Of a stretch of 29,246 bases of DNA, positions 1-8,603 are shown one piece after another. Below the pieces are notes generated by a model, which ran no database searches, was not told the origin of the DNA, and saw only the letters and a program-made list of their open reading frames with translations. The translations under genes were made by a program, and so were the position numbers. The stretch lies in NCBI GenBank assembly GCA_944391355.1, contig CALXTG010000014.1, positions 1 through 29,246 on the forward strand. Reading direction: 5' to 3'. Origin of the DNA: an uncultured Alphaproteobacteria bacterium. GTDB lineage: Bacteria > Pseudomonadota > Alphaproteobacteria > RF32 > CAG-239. The stretch's first letter is position 1; every line of letters starts with the position of its first letter.

Positions 1-1362
1 AAAGAAGGCGGCGGTGAAAGTTGTACCGTTAGAGGCGGCAGCGACGACGGAACGACTTATTATACCTCCTGTGTCTGTCCTTCCTCTTATACTAAATTGA
101 GTGACGGACAAATCTGTACCGGAACGGAATGCTCGTCAGCCGGTGAGAGATATTGCGACAGGTTTGAAAATATTCAATGTACCGGTGCTTATATGCTCTG
201 TAACAATAACCAAACCGGAGAAGGAGGTTTTTGTAATGACAAGGAGGGCAATAAATATACCGGTTGTTACTGCGATGAAGATATTTATCCCGAAACCGAT
301 GAGAGCTGTCGTTACCACTACGGAACCAATGCCGTTGGTTCCGGAACGAGTTGCAACAATGGCGAACGTTGGCGTTCCTGCTCTTGTGATGCAAGCTGCC
401 CATCGTCCCATCCTGATAAATCCTGCGGTTCTCTGGGAATTTCCGATGAAACTGATGATGGCTGCGGCGGTAAATGTTATAAATGTAACAGCTGTTCTCC
501 AACCTGTCAAAACGAAACTAATTGTCCTAACGGAACGAAAATCGTCGATAACGGATGCGGCGGTACCTGCTCCGTTTGCCAGAGCTGCACCCCGACTTGC
601 AAAAATGAAACCGGCTGTAAGAAATATGATACGCCAATCAGCAATGGCTGCGGCGGTACCTGTACCGTTTGCGGGGTTTATGATGACGGAACCGCTATCA
701 GCTTTGTTTTCAGTTTCGATAAAGCTAATACCTACGCATCAATTGAAACTAATGCATATAGCAACAATTCCCCTGCTTTTTACAGTATCAATTGGGGGGA
801 CGGAAGTATTGATACCTATCGTTCTACAGGTTATAAATCACATACATATCAGCAGGCCGGAAATTATACCGTTAAAATTGTCGGAAGCGTTGGTCATATT
901 AACCAAATTAAACCTGTAGATAAAATAACAGCTCTCAAAAAACTTAATTTAAGCACCGTAACATTTTTATATTATACATTTAGCGGAGGAAGTAACATAA
1001 TCGGAAGCATTCCGCCTCTCCCTCCTAAATTGGAGAGAGCTGATTGGGCTTTTCAGGCTTGCACCAAATTAACAGGTTCTGTTCCTAAGTTACCAAGCAG
1101 CTTAAAAAGAGCCCCATTTATGTTTTCCGGCTGCGAGGGACTGACCGGAAATATCCCTACGCTGTCCAGCGGTTTAATTGATGGTTCTTTCATGTTCAAC
1201 AGTTGCAGCGGACTGACAGGCGTTACGCCCGTAAATGGTAAATATCCTTATCAGTATTTATCTGCCATAGAAAGTAAGGCACATATGATAAACCTTTGTT
1301 CCGATGCCGTGCGACAGCATTTTCCAACCTCCTGGGGCGGGAGCTGCACGAGCTGTCAGTAA
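1..1362 (+). CDS. Secreted Cys-rich / PKD / 24-aa LRR protein, paralog 1 (5'-truncated by window edge)
   Basis: Frame is open from base 1 (KEGGGESCTVRGGSDDGTTYYTSCVCPSSY...), so the track's TTG at 97 is not the true start. Contains 6-Cys repeats (CSPTC...NGCGGTCxVC), PKD core (YSINWGDGS...SHTYQQAGNYTVKIVG, ~781-885), LRRs (1030-1230) and ends FPTSWGGSCTSCQ-TAA. Confidence 0.85.
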   Translation, partial: KEGGGESCTVRGGSDDGTTYYTSCVCPSSYTKLSDGQICTGTECSSAGERYCDRFENIQCTGAYMLCNNNQTGEGGFCNDKEGNKYTGCYCDEDIYPETDESCRYHYGTNAVGSGTSCNNGERWRSCSCDASCPSSHPDKSCGSLGISDETDDGCGGKCYKCNSCSPTCQNETNCPNGTKIVDNGCGGTCSVCQSCTPTCKNETGCKKYDTPISNGCGGTCTVCGVYDDGTAISFVFSFDKANTYASIETNAYSNNSPAFYSINWGDGSIDTYRSTGYKSHTYQQAGNYTVKIVGSVGHINQIKPVDKITALKKLNLSTVTFLYYTFSGGSNIIGSIPPLPPKLERADWAFQACTKLTGSVPKLPSSLKRAPFMFSGCEGLTGNIPTLSSGLIDGSFMFNSCSGLTGVTPVNGKYPYQYLSAIESKAHMINLCSDAVRQHFPTSWGGSCTSCQ

Positions 1363-1481
1363 AACCAATTATCTAATGAATTTTGACTGAGGAGGCATAT
1401 ATCTGTATCAGTTGATGAGGAAATTATTGATAAAGGCCTTTATTAATAAGGAATTTTTCAGTCAGTTTCTGATTTGGCTCG

Positions 1482-1513
1482 GAAAAGGGAATTACAATCG
1501 TAATTCCCTTTTC
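1482..1513. terminator. Bidirectional intrinsic terminator
   Basis: Perfect 14-bp stem GAAAAGGGAATTAC-aatc-GTAATTCCCTTTTC between the convergent paralog 1 and cutA. Confidence 0.8.
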
Positions 1514-1520
1514 TTGTTGC

Positions 1521-1826
1521 TTATCTTCTGATCCAGGCCAGATATTCTTCAAGTCCGGCGTCAATATTAAACATTATTACCTCCGGCAGCTCATAAGGGT
1601 GAAGTTCTAAAATGCGGTCTTTTATCCAGGTAAAGTTGGCCGCAACGCTTTTGATTATCAACAGCAGCTCTCCCTCTTCGCAAATTTCACCCTTCCACTC
1701 ATAAACCGAGGTTATCTTATCAACAATATTGACGCAGGCAGCCAGTTTGCACTCAACCAGATTTCGGGCTATTTTTAAAGCCGTTTCCCGATCGGGAACC
1801 ATAGTCAGGACAATAACCTCAGACAT
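1521..1826 (-). CDS. cutA: CutA divalent cation tolerance protein
   Basis: LAACVNI, SVYEWKG, ILELHPYELPE motifs. ATG at 1826 with AGGAG RBS; overlaps the RND stop by 8 nt. Confidence 0.92.
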   Translation of the reverse strand: MSEVIVLTMVPDRETALKIARNLVECKLAACVNIVDKITSVYEWKGEICEEGELLLIIKSVAANFTWIKDRILELHPYELPEVIMFNIDAGLEEYLAWIRR

Positions 1827-4800
1827 TGACTTTCTCTCCTTTCTTATCGGGATTTTTATCAAAAATTTCCCCGATAATCGCAAACATCATCGGTACAAAC
1901 AAGGTAGCGACAAAAGTCGAAAGAATCATACCGCCGATCATACCGGTACCGATCGCATGCCGGCTCCCGGCCCCGGCTCCGGTACTGACAGCCAAAGGAA
2001 GCACGCCGAAAGTAAAGGCCAGAGAGGTCATGACAATCGGACGGAAACGCAGTTTGGCCGCTTCAATCGCCGCGGCGGCGTAAGATTTCCCGGCTTCCAC
2101 TTCCATAACGGCAAATTCGACAATCAAAATGGCATTTTTAGCGGCCAGACCGATTAAGGTTACCAAACCGACCTGGAAATAGAGGTCATTTTGAATGCCG
2201 CGCAGCCAAGTAGCCAACAATGCTCCCAATACGGCAAACGGCACGGATAAAATTACCACAAACGGCAGCGACCAGCGTTCATACTGCGCCGACAAAATCA
2301 GGAAGATCATAATCAGACCGAAGGCAAATGCCTGAGTTGACGCGCCGCCGGTCAATTTTTCCTGATAGGCGGAACCGATCCAGGACAGAGAAAAATCATC
2401 TCCGAGCACCTGATCGGCAACTTCTTCCATAGCGGCAATTGCCTGTCCGGAACTGTAGCCTTGCGCCGGATCGCCGAGAACTTTTGCCGCGGGAAAGATA
2501 TTGAAACGGTTGATCAGTTCCGGCCCGGTGATACGCTCAACGTTGATCAGCGTCGACAAGGGGATTAAAATCCCGTCATTGGATTTGACATAAACATAGC
2601 GCAAATCATCCGGCGAACGGCGGAATTTGCTTTCCGATTGAACCGTTACCCGGAAATTGCGGCCGTAATAAGTGAAGTCATTGACATACAAACTGCCGAA
2701 AGTGCTCTGCATAACCGAATAAATCGCATTAATCGGCACATTCAGAACCCGGGCTTTTTCACGATCCAGATCAATGCGATACTGCGGCGTACTGACCGAA
2801 AAAGTGGTTTTGACATTGTTCAGCGCCGGATGCTTGTTAGCGGCGTCTATCAGCTCCTGCGTTTTGGCCATCAGCTCTTCGCTGCTTTTGCCGCCTTTGT
2901 TCTGAACATAACCTTCAAAACCGCCGGTCATGCTCATCCCCATAATCGGCGGCATACTGAAAGCAAAACCCAATCCTTCGGGACGGCTCATGCCCATCTG
3001 CGTATATTTTGCTGCCAGAGCTTCCGCCGCTTGTCCGGGCTGTTTGCGCTGTTCCCAGTCTTTTAGGACAATAAAGCTGATTCCCGAATAGGTATTCTGC
3101 GTCGAAGACAGCATATTAAAACCGTTAATCGTCAAAATATCTTCAACCTGCGGATCATCTCTGACTTCTGCCGATACTTTGTCGGTGAAGGCCTTGGTTC
3201 GCGATAAAGACGCGGCAGGCGGCATACTATAAGACATCAACAGCGATCCCTGATCTTCATTCGGCACCAAACCGCCGGGAATAATTCGGAATAAAGCGCC
3301 GATAGCGGCCAACACGGCCAAGAAACCGAGAATCGCCGTTTTGCGGTGAGATAAAAAGAATTTAACCCCGGCCAGATACCAGTCGGTTACTTTTTCAAAA
3401 CCGTTGTTAAACCAACGGAAAAATAAAGGAGTCGGCCGGTCGGCATGTCCGGGTTTAATCAACAGCGCGCAAAGCGCCGGGGTTAAAGACAAAGCGACAA
3501 AAGCCGAAATCAGCACCGAAATGGCAATGGTTACCGCAAACTGACGATACATGACGCCGGTCATGCCGCCCAGAAAGGCAATCGGCAGAAACACCGAAGA
3601 CAAAACCAATGCCACGGCAACCACAGGCCCCGAAACTTCTTTCATTGCTTTGACGGCTGCTTCGCGCGGCGATAACTTTTCCTCGCTCATCAGCCGCTCG
3701 ACGTTTTCCAATACGATAATCGCATCGTCAACAACAATACCGATTGCCAGAATCAAGCCGAACAACGTCAGCAGATTGATTGAAAAACCGAGCACATACA
3801 TTCCGGCAAAAGCGCCGATAATCGAAACCGGAACCGCCAAAATCGGAATCAGGGTAGCGCGGAAATTTTGCAAAAACAGATAGACGACCAGAATAACCAG
3901 CAAAACCGCTTCAAAAAAGGTGTGAATCACTTCATTAATCGATACATTTACAAACAAAGTCGTATCATAAGGAATGCTGTAAGTTATCCCCTCGGGAAAA
4001 TTTTTGGAAAGGCGTTCCATGGCTGCCTTAACCTCGCGGGACACTTCCAGAGAATTGGCTCCCGATTGCAGATAGATCGCAAAAGCGACGGCATCTTCCC
4101 CGTTAATCTGAGAGCTGACGCTGTAATCCTGAGCGCCGAGTTCAATACGCGCGACGTCTTTCAAACGCAGCATAGCTCCCGACGAATCGCTTTTCAGGAT
4201 GATATTGCCGAATTCTTTTTCATCAACCAGACGGCCTTTGGTATTTACCGAATAGGTATAAGGCTGATACTCGTCCATCGGTTCCTGACCGAACTGGCCG
4301 GCGGCAAACTGCGAATTCTGCTCCTGAATCGCAGCAATGACATCCGGCGGGGTAAGGTTATAATCCGCCAATTTATCGGGACTGAGCCAGATGCGCATTG
4401 AATAGTCCTGGCTGGCAAACAGCGAAGCATCGCCAACACCTTTGATACGCTTTATCTCATCAATCACATTTAAAAGGGCATAGTTGCTGACATAAACCGA
4501 ATCATATTTTTCGCTGTTTGACTTCATAACAACAACAGAAAGAATATTGTTAGATTTTTCCTGAACCGTAACACCCATTTTGGTTACTTCCGAGGGAAGT
4601 TTGGACATGGCGGCCTGGACTTTATTGTTGACGTCAATCGTCGCCTGTTCGGGATCTGTGCCGATTTCAAAAACCACACCGATTGTCAGATATCCGGAAG
4701 AAGTGGCCGTCGAATACATATAAATCATATTCTTAACGCCGTTAATAGCCTGCTCAAGCGGCGCCGCTACGGTATCGGCCAAGACTTCCGCCGTCGCTCC

Positions 4801-4953
4801 GGGATAAGTCGCGGAAATTTGGATTTCGGGAGAAACAATGTTCGGATATTGCTCCACCGGCAGAATTTTCATTGACACCAAACCGGCGAGAACCACTATC
4901 AGCGAAATAACCGTCGCGAAAATCGGTCTTTTAATAAAAAACTCGGAAAACAT
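1819..4953 (-). CDS. RND (HAE1, AcrB/MexB-like) efflux permease
   Basis: 1044 aa. FFIKRPIFA N-terminus, IVVDDAIIVLENVER, KNAILIVEFA, RFRPIVMTSLAF motifs; AAGGAG RBS. Confidence 0.97.
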   Translation of the reverse strand: MFSEFFIKRPIFATVISLIVVLAGLVSMKILPVEQYPNIVSPEIQISATYPGATAEVLADTVAAPLEQAINGVKNMIYMYSTATSSGYLTIGVVFEIGTDPEQATIDVNNKVQAAMSKLPSEVTKMGVTVQEKSNNILSVVVMKSNSEKYDSVYVSNYALLNVIDEIKRIKGVGDASLFASQDYSMRIWLSPDKLADYNLTPPDVIAAIQEQNSQFAAGQFGQEPMDEYQPYTYSVNTKGRLVDEKEFGNIILKSDSSGAMLRLKDVARIELGAQDYSVSSQINGEDAVAFAIYLQSGANSLEVSREVKAAMERLSKNFPEGITYSIPYDTTLFVNVSINEVIHTFFEAVLLVILVVYLFLQNFRATLIPILAVPVSIIGAFAGMYVLGFSINLLTLFGLILAIGIVVDDAIIVLENVERLMSEEKLSPREAAVKAMKEVSGPVVAVALVLSSVFLPIAFLGGMTGVMYRQFAVTIAISVLISAFVALSLTPALCALLIKPGHADRPTPLFFRWFNNGFEKVTDWYLAGVKFFLSHRKTAILGFLAVLAAIGALFRIIPGGLVPNEDQGSLLMSYSMPPAASLSRTKAFTDKVSAEVRDDPQVEDILTINGFNMLSSTQNTYSGISFIVLKDWEQRKQPGQAAEALAAKYTQMGMSRPEGLGFAFSMPPIMGMSMTGGFEGYVQNKGGKSSEELMAKTQELIDAANKHPALNNVKTTFSVSTPQYRIDLDREKARVLNVPINAIYSVMQSTFGSLYVNDFTYYGRNFRVTVQSESKFRRSPDDLRYVYVKSNDGILIPLSTLINVERITGPELINRFNIFPAAKVLGDPAQGYSSGQAIAAMEEVADQVLGDDFSLSWIGSAYQEKLTGGASTQAFAFGLIMIFLILSAQYERWSLPFVVILSVPFAVLGALLATWLRGIQNDLYFQVGLVTLIGLAAKNAILIVEFAVMEVEAGKSYAAAAIEAAKLRFRPIVMTSLAFTFGVLPLAVSTGAGAGSRHAIGTGMIGGMILSTFVATLFVPMMFAIIGEIFDKNPDKKGEKVNV

Positions 4954-4971
4954 TGTCTTCTCCTTCAGGGA

Positions 4972-6132
4972 CTATTGAGCGGCAGATGCAGTTTCGGTTT
5001 CGTTAAAAACCGGATTAACCTGCTGACCGGGGCGGACTTTCATCAGTCCGCTGACCAAAACGACATCACCGGGGGTTAAGCCGCTGTCAATAATCCAGCC
5101 GCGCGGCGTGGTAAAACCGGTTGACACATTAACAGCTTCAACCTGATTCTGCGCATTCAGGCGGTAAACATACGGGCTTTTGGCGCCTTGCATAACCGCT
5201 TCCTGCGGCAGGACAATCGCATCTTTGCGAATCAGCCCCTCAAGAACAATACGGCCAAACTGACCGGGAAGAATTTTACGTTCGGGGTTGGGGAAAACAG
5301 CCCGCAGTTTAATCGTGCCGGTCTGCTCGTCAATGGAGGGGTTGATAAAATCTATTTTTCCTTCCCGGTCATAAAAACTGTCATTGCCGAATTTAAGGCG
5401 GGCAAAGACATCACTGCGGCGGCTGCCGTTGGAAGTGACGATTTTGCCGCTGTCGACCAGAGAACCTAACTTAAAGGCATCATTGTCGGCTGCCGAGAAA
5501 ATTACATAAATCGGATCAAGCTGGGTAATATGAGTCAACAGGCTGTCATTTGCCGAAGTACCGATCAAACTCCCTTCCGACTGGGTTTCCATGCTGGTGA
5601 TGCCACTGATCGGCGCGGTAACCGTCGTATAGTCAAGATTCAACTGCGCCGCTTGAACTTCGGCTTCGGCCAAGGCTGTCGTCGCTTTTAAAGAATCCAG
5701 ATTGGCGCGGGCTTCATCGCGGGATTTTTCACTGACAATCCGGTCCTTAAACAATTTATCAATGCGCAGCCATTGGGTTTCGGCCGCTTTTAACTGCGCC
5801 TGTTCCTGTGATAATTTGGCTTTTGCCTGAGCCAGCTGAACTTTATAAGGTTCGGGATCAATTTGAAATAAAATATCGCCGGCGTTAACCGGGGAGCCTT
5901 CGACATAGTTTCTTTTAAGAAGAATGCCGCCGACACGAGCCCGGACTTCCGTTTCCTTCGATCCCTGAGCACGCGCGGAAAATTCAAAACTTAAGGGAAT
6001 GTCTTCAGCTGCGGTTCTGACCGCCTCAACCGAGGGAACAGCCGTTTCCGTCCGGGCGGCATCTTCCTTTTTACAGGCAGACAAAGCCAGCATTGCGGCA
6101 GCCGCGATACAGAATTTATTTCTTGACAACAT
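4972..6132 (-). CDS. RND periplasmic adaptor (membrane fusion protein, AcrA/MexA-like), lipoprotein
   Basis: Lipobox LSAC, EVRARVGGILLKRNYVEG, LDYTTVTAPISG, ERKILPGQF motifs; directly upstream of the RND permease. Confidence 0.95.
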   Translation of the reverse strand: MLSRNKFCIAAAAMLALSACKKEDAARTETAVPSVEAVRTAAEDIPLSFEFSARAQGSKETEVRARVGGILLKRNYVEGSPVNAGDILFQIDPEPYKVQLAQAKAKLSQEQAQLKAAETQWLRIDKLFKDRIVSEKSRDEARANLDSLKATTALAEAEVQAAQLNLDYTTVTAPISGITSMETQSEGSLIGTSANDSLLTHITQLDPIYVIFSAADNDAFKLGSLVDSGKIVTSNGSRRSDVFARLKFGNDSFYDREGKIDFINPSIDEQTGTIKLRAVFPNPERKILPGQFGRIVLEGLIRKDAIVLPQEAVMQGAKSPYVYRLNAQNQVEAVNVSTGFTTPRGWIIDSGLTPGDVVLVSGLMKVRPGQQVNPVFNETETASAAQ

Positions 6133-6363
6133 CTTCTCTCCTAACCATGCGATTTATTTAAATAATTTACTTCGTCGAATTTACTAGAGCTGCAATAAAA
6201 AGCAATAAAAATCGGGCTTATTTACACTGTAAATTATCTGCTAAAGCTTGAAAAAGCAAAGTTGCTGATTAGCTATATTGCAGCTGGCTTATTACGAGCA
6301 GGACTTAACAGAGCTACATTCAATATTTTTAATTATATAACCCAATATACAAGGAGATTTACT

Positions 6364-6954
6364 ATGGTAGATGAAGTACAAGGCGTTCGTTATCCGACAT
6401 TTGCATTCCAGACCGGCGGCGTCGGCCAGGCCGATGAGGGCATTCCCCCGCAACCGTTTGAAACTTTCTGTTATGATTCGGCGCTGCTGCAGGCAAAAAT
6501 CGAAAACTTTAACGTTGTTCCCTATACTTCGGTTTTGCCCAAAGAATTATACGGCAATATTAAACCCCTGACTGACGACATTGTTAAACAGTTCAAACAC
6601 GGTGCGGTTTTGGAAGTTATCATGGCCGGCAACGGTGCCAGCCGTGATGACCACAAGGCTATCGCCACCGGTATCGGCGTTTGCTGGGGTAAAGACAAAA
6701 ACGGCGAACTCATCGGCGGCTGGGCTGCTGAATATGTTGAATATTTTGATACTTTCATTGATGATGAAATTGCAAAGACTCATTGCGAAATGTGGCTGAA
6801 CAAATCATTGCAGCATGAACTGGATATCCGCGGCGTTGAAAAACACAGCGACTTCCAGCTGTATCACAATTATCTGAACATTACCCAGCAATTCGGTTAC
6901 AGCCTGACCTGCCTGGGTTTCCTGAACTTCCAGCATGCCGCTCCCGCCAAATAA
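6364..6954 (+). CDS. aaxB: Pyruvoyl-dependent arginine decarboxylase (Chlamydia AaxB-type)
   Basis: ATG at 6364 after [41 protein letters not shown] includes the Thr-Ser self-cleavage site; [19 protein letters not shown]. Both strings match chlamydial AaxB as I recall it. Confidence 0.9.
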   Translation: MVDEVQGVRYPTFAFQTGGVGQADEGIPPQPFETFCYDSALLQAKIENFNVVPYTSVLPKELYGNIKPLTDDIVKQFKHGAVLEVIMAGNGASRDDHKAIATGIGVCWGKDKNGELIGGWAAEYVEYFDTFIDDEIAKTHCEMWLNKSLQHELDIRGVEKHSDFQLYHNYLNITQQFGYSLTCLGFLNFQHAAPAK

Positions 6955-6967
6955 ACCGGAAGCATTT

Positions 6968-7008
6968 AATCTGCCGCAGAAGGAGCTTTTCCTTCTGCCC
7001 GGCAGGTT
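6968..7008 (+). other. Intercistronic stem-loop between aaxB and aaxC
   Basis: CTGCC-GCAGAAGGA-gcttt-TCCTTCTGC-cc-GGCAG followed by a broken T-tract. Confidence 0.6.
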
Positions 7009-7042
7009 TGATTTTGCAATAAATTAACAAAAGGATAAAACA

Positions 7043-8536
7043 ATGGCTGATAAACAAATAAAAACCGCCGCTGTTCCTGCCGGTTCACCCGAAAAAACCA
7101 ATCCCGGCGGATTGGGCGTTTTCGCGCTGGCCAGTATCGTCGTCAGCTCGATGATCGGCGGCGGTATTTACAGTCTACCTCAAAATATGGCGGCAGGCGC
7201 TTCGGCCGGTGCCGTTCTTCTGGCATGGATTATTACCGGTATCGGTATTTATTTCATTGCCAATACGTTCAGTATTCTTTCGATGGCCAAACCTAATCTG
7301 ACGACCGGTATATACTCTTACAGCCGCGCCGGTTTCGGCCCTTATGTCGGTTTTACGATCGGCTGGTCCTACTGGTTGTGCCAGGTCTGCGGAAACGTCG
7401 GCTATGCCGTTATTACCATGGACGCCCTCAACTATTTCTTTCCGCCTTATTTTGCCGGCGGAAACAATCTGGCCTCAATTATCGGCGGTTCGCTGATTAT
7501 CTGGGGCTTTAACTATCTGGTTCTGAAAGGGATCAAACAAGCCACCGTTGTCAATATGATCGGCACCGTGGTTAAAATCGTTCCGCTGATTTTGTTCATT
7601 ATCATTTTGGCCTTTGCGTTCAGTCCGGCCAAATTCGATTTTGACTTCTGGGGCGAAGCTATTTCAACCAAGGCCAAACTGGGCGGTCTCGGAACCCAGA
7701 TTAAAAGCACCATGCTGGTAACTTTGTGGGCTTTCATAGGTATTGAAGGCGCTGTCGTCATGTCTAACCGCGCCAGAGCGGCCAGCGACGTCGGTAAAGC
7801 CACCCTGCTCGGCTTCCTCGGCTGTCTGGCTATTTATATCCTGCTGTCGCTGCTGCCTTACGGCTATATGTCACAGGCCGAGCTGGCTACTGTCGCCAAT
7901 CCTTCTACCGCCGGCGTATTGGAAAAAGTCGTCGGACCTTGGGGCGCATGGCTGATGAATATCGGCCTGTTGGTTTCGGTTTTAACCAGCTGGCTGGCCT
8001 GGACAATGGTTACGGCCGAAATTCCGCAGGCTGCAGCTCAGAACGGAACTTTCCCCAAAGAATTTGCCAAAGAAAACGAACACGGCTCACCGTCGGTTTC
8101 TCTCTGGGTTACTTCCGGCATGATGCAGCTGTTTATTCTGCTGGTTTATTTTTCAAATAATGCCTGGAATACCATGCTGAGCATTACGGGTGTCATGGTT
8201 TTGCCGGCTTACTTTGCTTCCTGCGCTTATTTATGGAAAATCTGCGAAGACGGCGAATATCCGGCCAATATCGTGGTTAAACGTTCGGCAGCCCTGATTA
8301 CCGGGGTTCTCGGCGCAGTTTATGCCTTATGGCTGATCTATGCCGCCGGATTGAACTACCTGATGATGGCAGTTGTCATTGTGGCACTCGGTATTCCCGT
8401 TTATATCTGGGCCCGCCGCCAGTCCGCTCCGGGCGAAAAAGCCTTTACGCGCGGAGAATGCTGGCTGGCTTCGGTTCTGGTTATTATTGCTTTATGGGCG
8501 ATTTATGCCTTTGCCCGCGGCATTGTAACCATCTGA
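7043..8536 (+). CDS. aaxC: Arginine/agmatine antiporter (APC superfamily, Chlamydia AaxC-like)
   Basis: 497 aa, very hydrophobic. SSMIGGGIYSLPQNMA, GNVGYAVITMDALNYFFPPYF, MLVTLWAFIGIEGAVV motifs; downstream of the decarboxylase. Confidence 0.88.
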   Translation: MADKQIKTAAVPAGSPEKTNPGGLGVFALASIVVSSMIGGGIYSLPQNMAAGASAGAVLLAWIITGIGIYFIANTFSILSMAKPNLTTGIYSYSRAGFGPYVGFTIGWSYWLCQVCGNVGYAVITMDALNYFFPPYFAGGNNLASIIGGSLIIWGFNYLVLKGIKQATVVNMIGTVVKIVPLILFIIILAFAFSPAKFDFDFWGEAISTKAKLGGLGTQIKSTMLVTLWAFIGIEGAVVMSNRARAASDVGKATLLGFLGCLAIYILLSLLPYGYMSQAELATVANPSTAGVLEKVVGPWGAWLMNIGLLVSVLTSWLAWTMVTAEIPQAAAQNGTFPKEFAKENEHGSPSVSLWVTSGMMQLFILLVYFSNNAWNTMLSITGVMVLPAYFASCAYLWKICEDGEYPANIVVKRSAALITGVLGAVYALWLIYAAGLNYLMMAVVIVALGIPVYIWARRQSAPGEKAFTRGECWLASVLVIIALWAIYAFARGIVTI

Positions 8537-8550
8537 TTATTATTTTACTA

Positions 8551-8591
8551 AAAAAATTACCTCGCCGAATTGCACCGGCGGGGTAATTTTT
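8551..8591. terminator. Bidirectional intrinsic terminator
   Basis: A-tract, TTACCTCGCCG-loop-CGGCGGGGTAA, T-tract; between convergent genes. Confidence 0.8.
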
Positions 8592-8603
8592 GCTCTAATT
8601 TAA

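Noticed and set aside
487-672. CRISPR array or DNA tandem repeat
   Set aside because: These are 93-bp protein-coding repeats with codon-level divergence and no spacer structure.
101-919. Long alternative-frame and antisense ORFs overlapping real genes (e.g. 101..919, 12025..12945, 9628..10272, 28637..29117)
   Set aside because: Shadow ORFs of conserved genes with no RBS, motif or independent signal.
4954-4974. MFP TAG is in frame with the RND ATG six codons later (possible readthrough fusion)
   Set aside because: One-in-three chance; the RND has its own AAGGAG RBS, and a periplasmic lipoprotein fused to a cytoplasmic N-terminus is topologically implausible.
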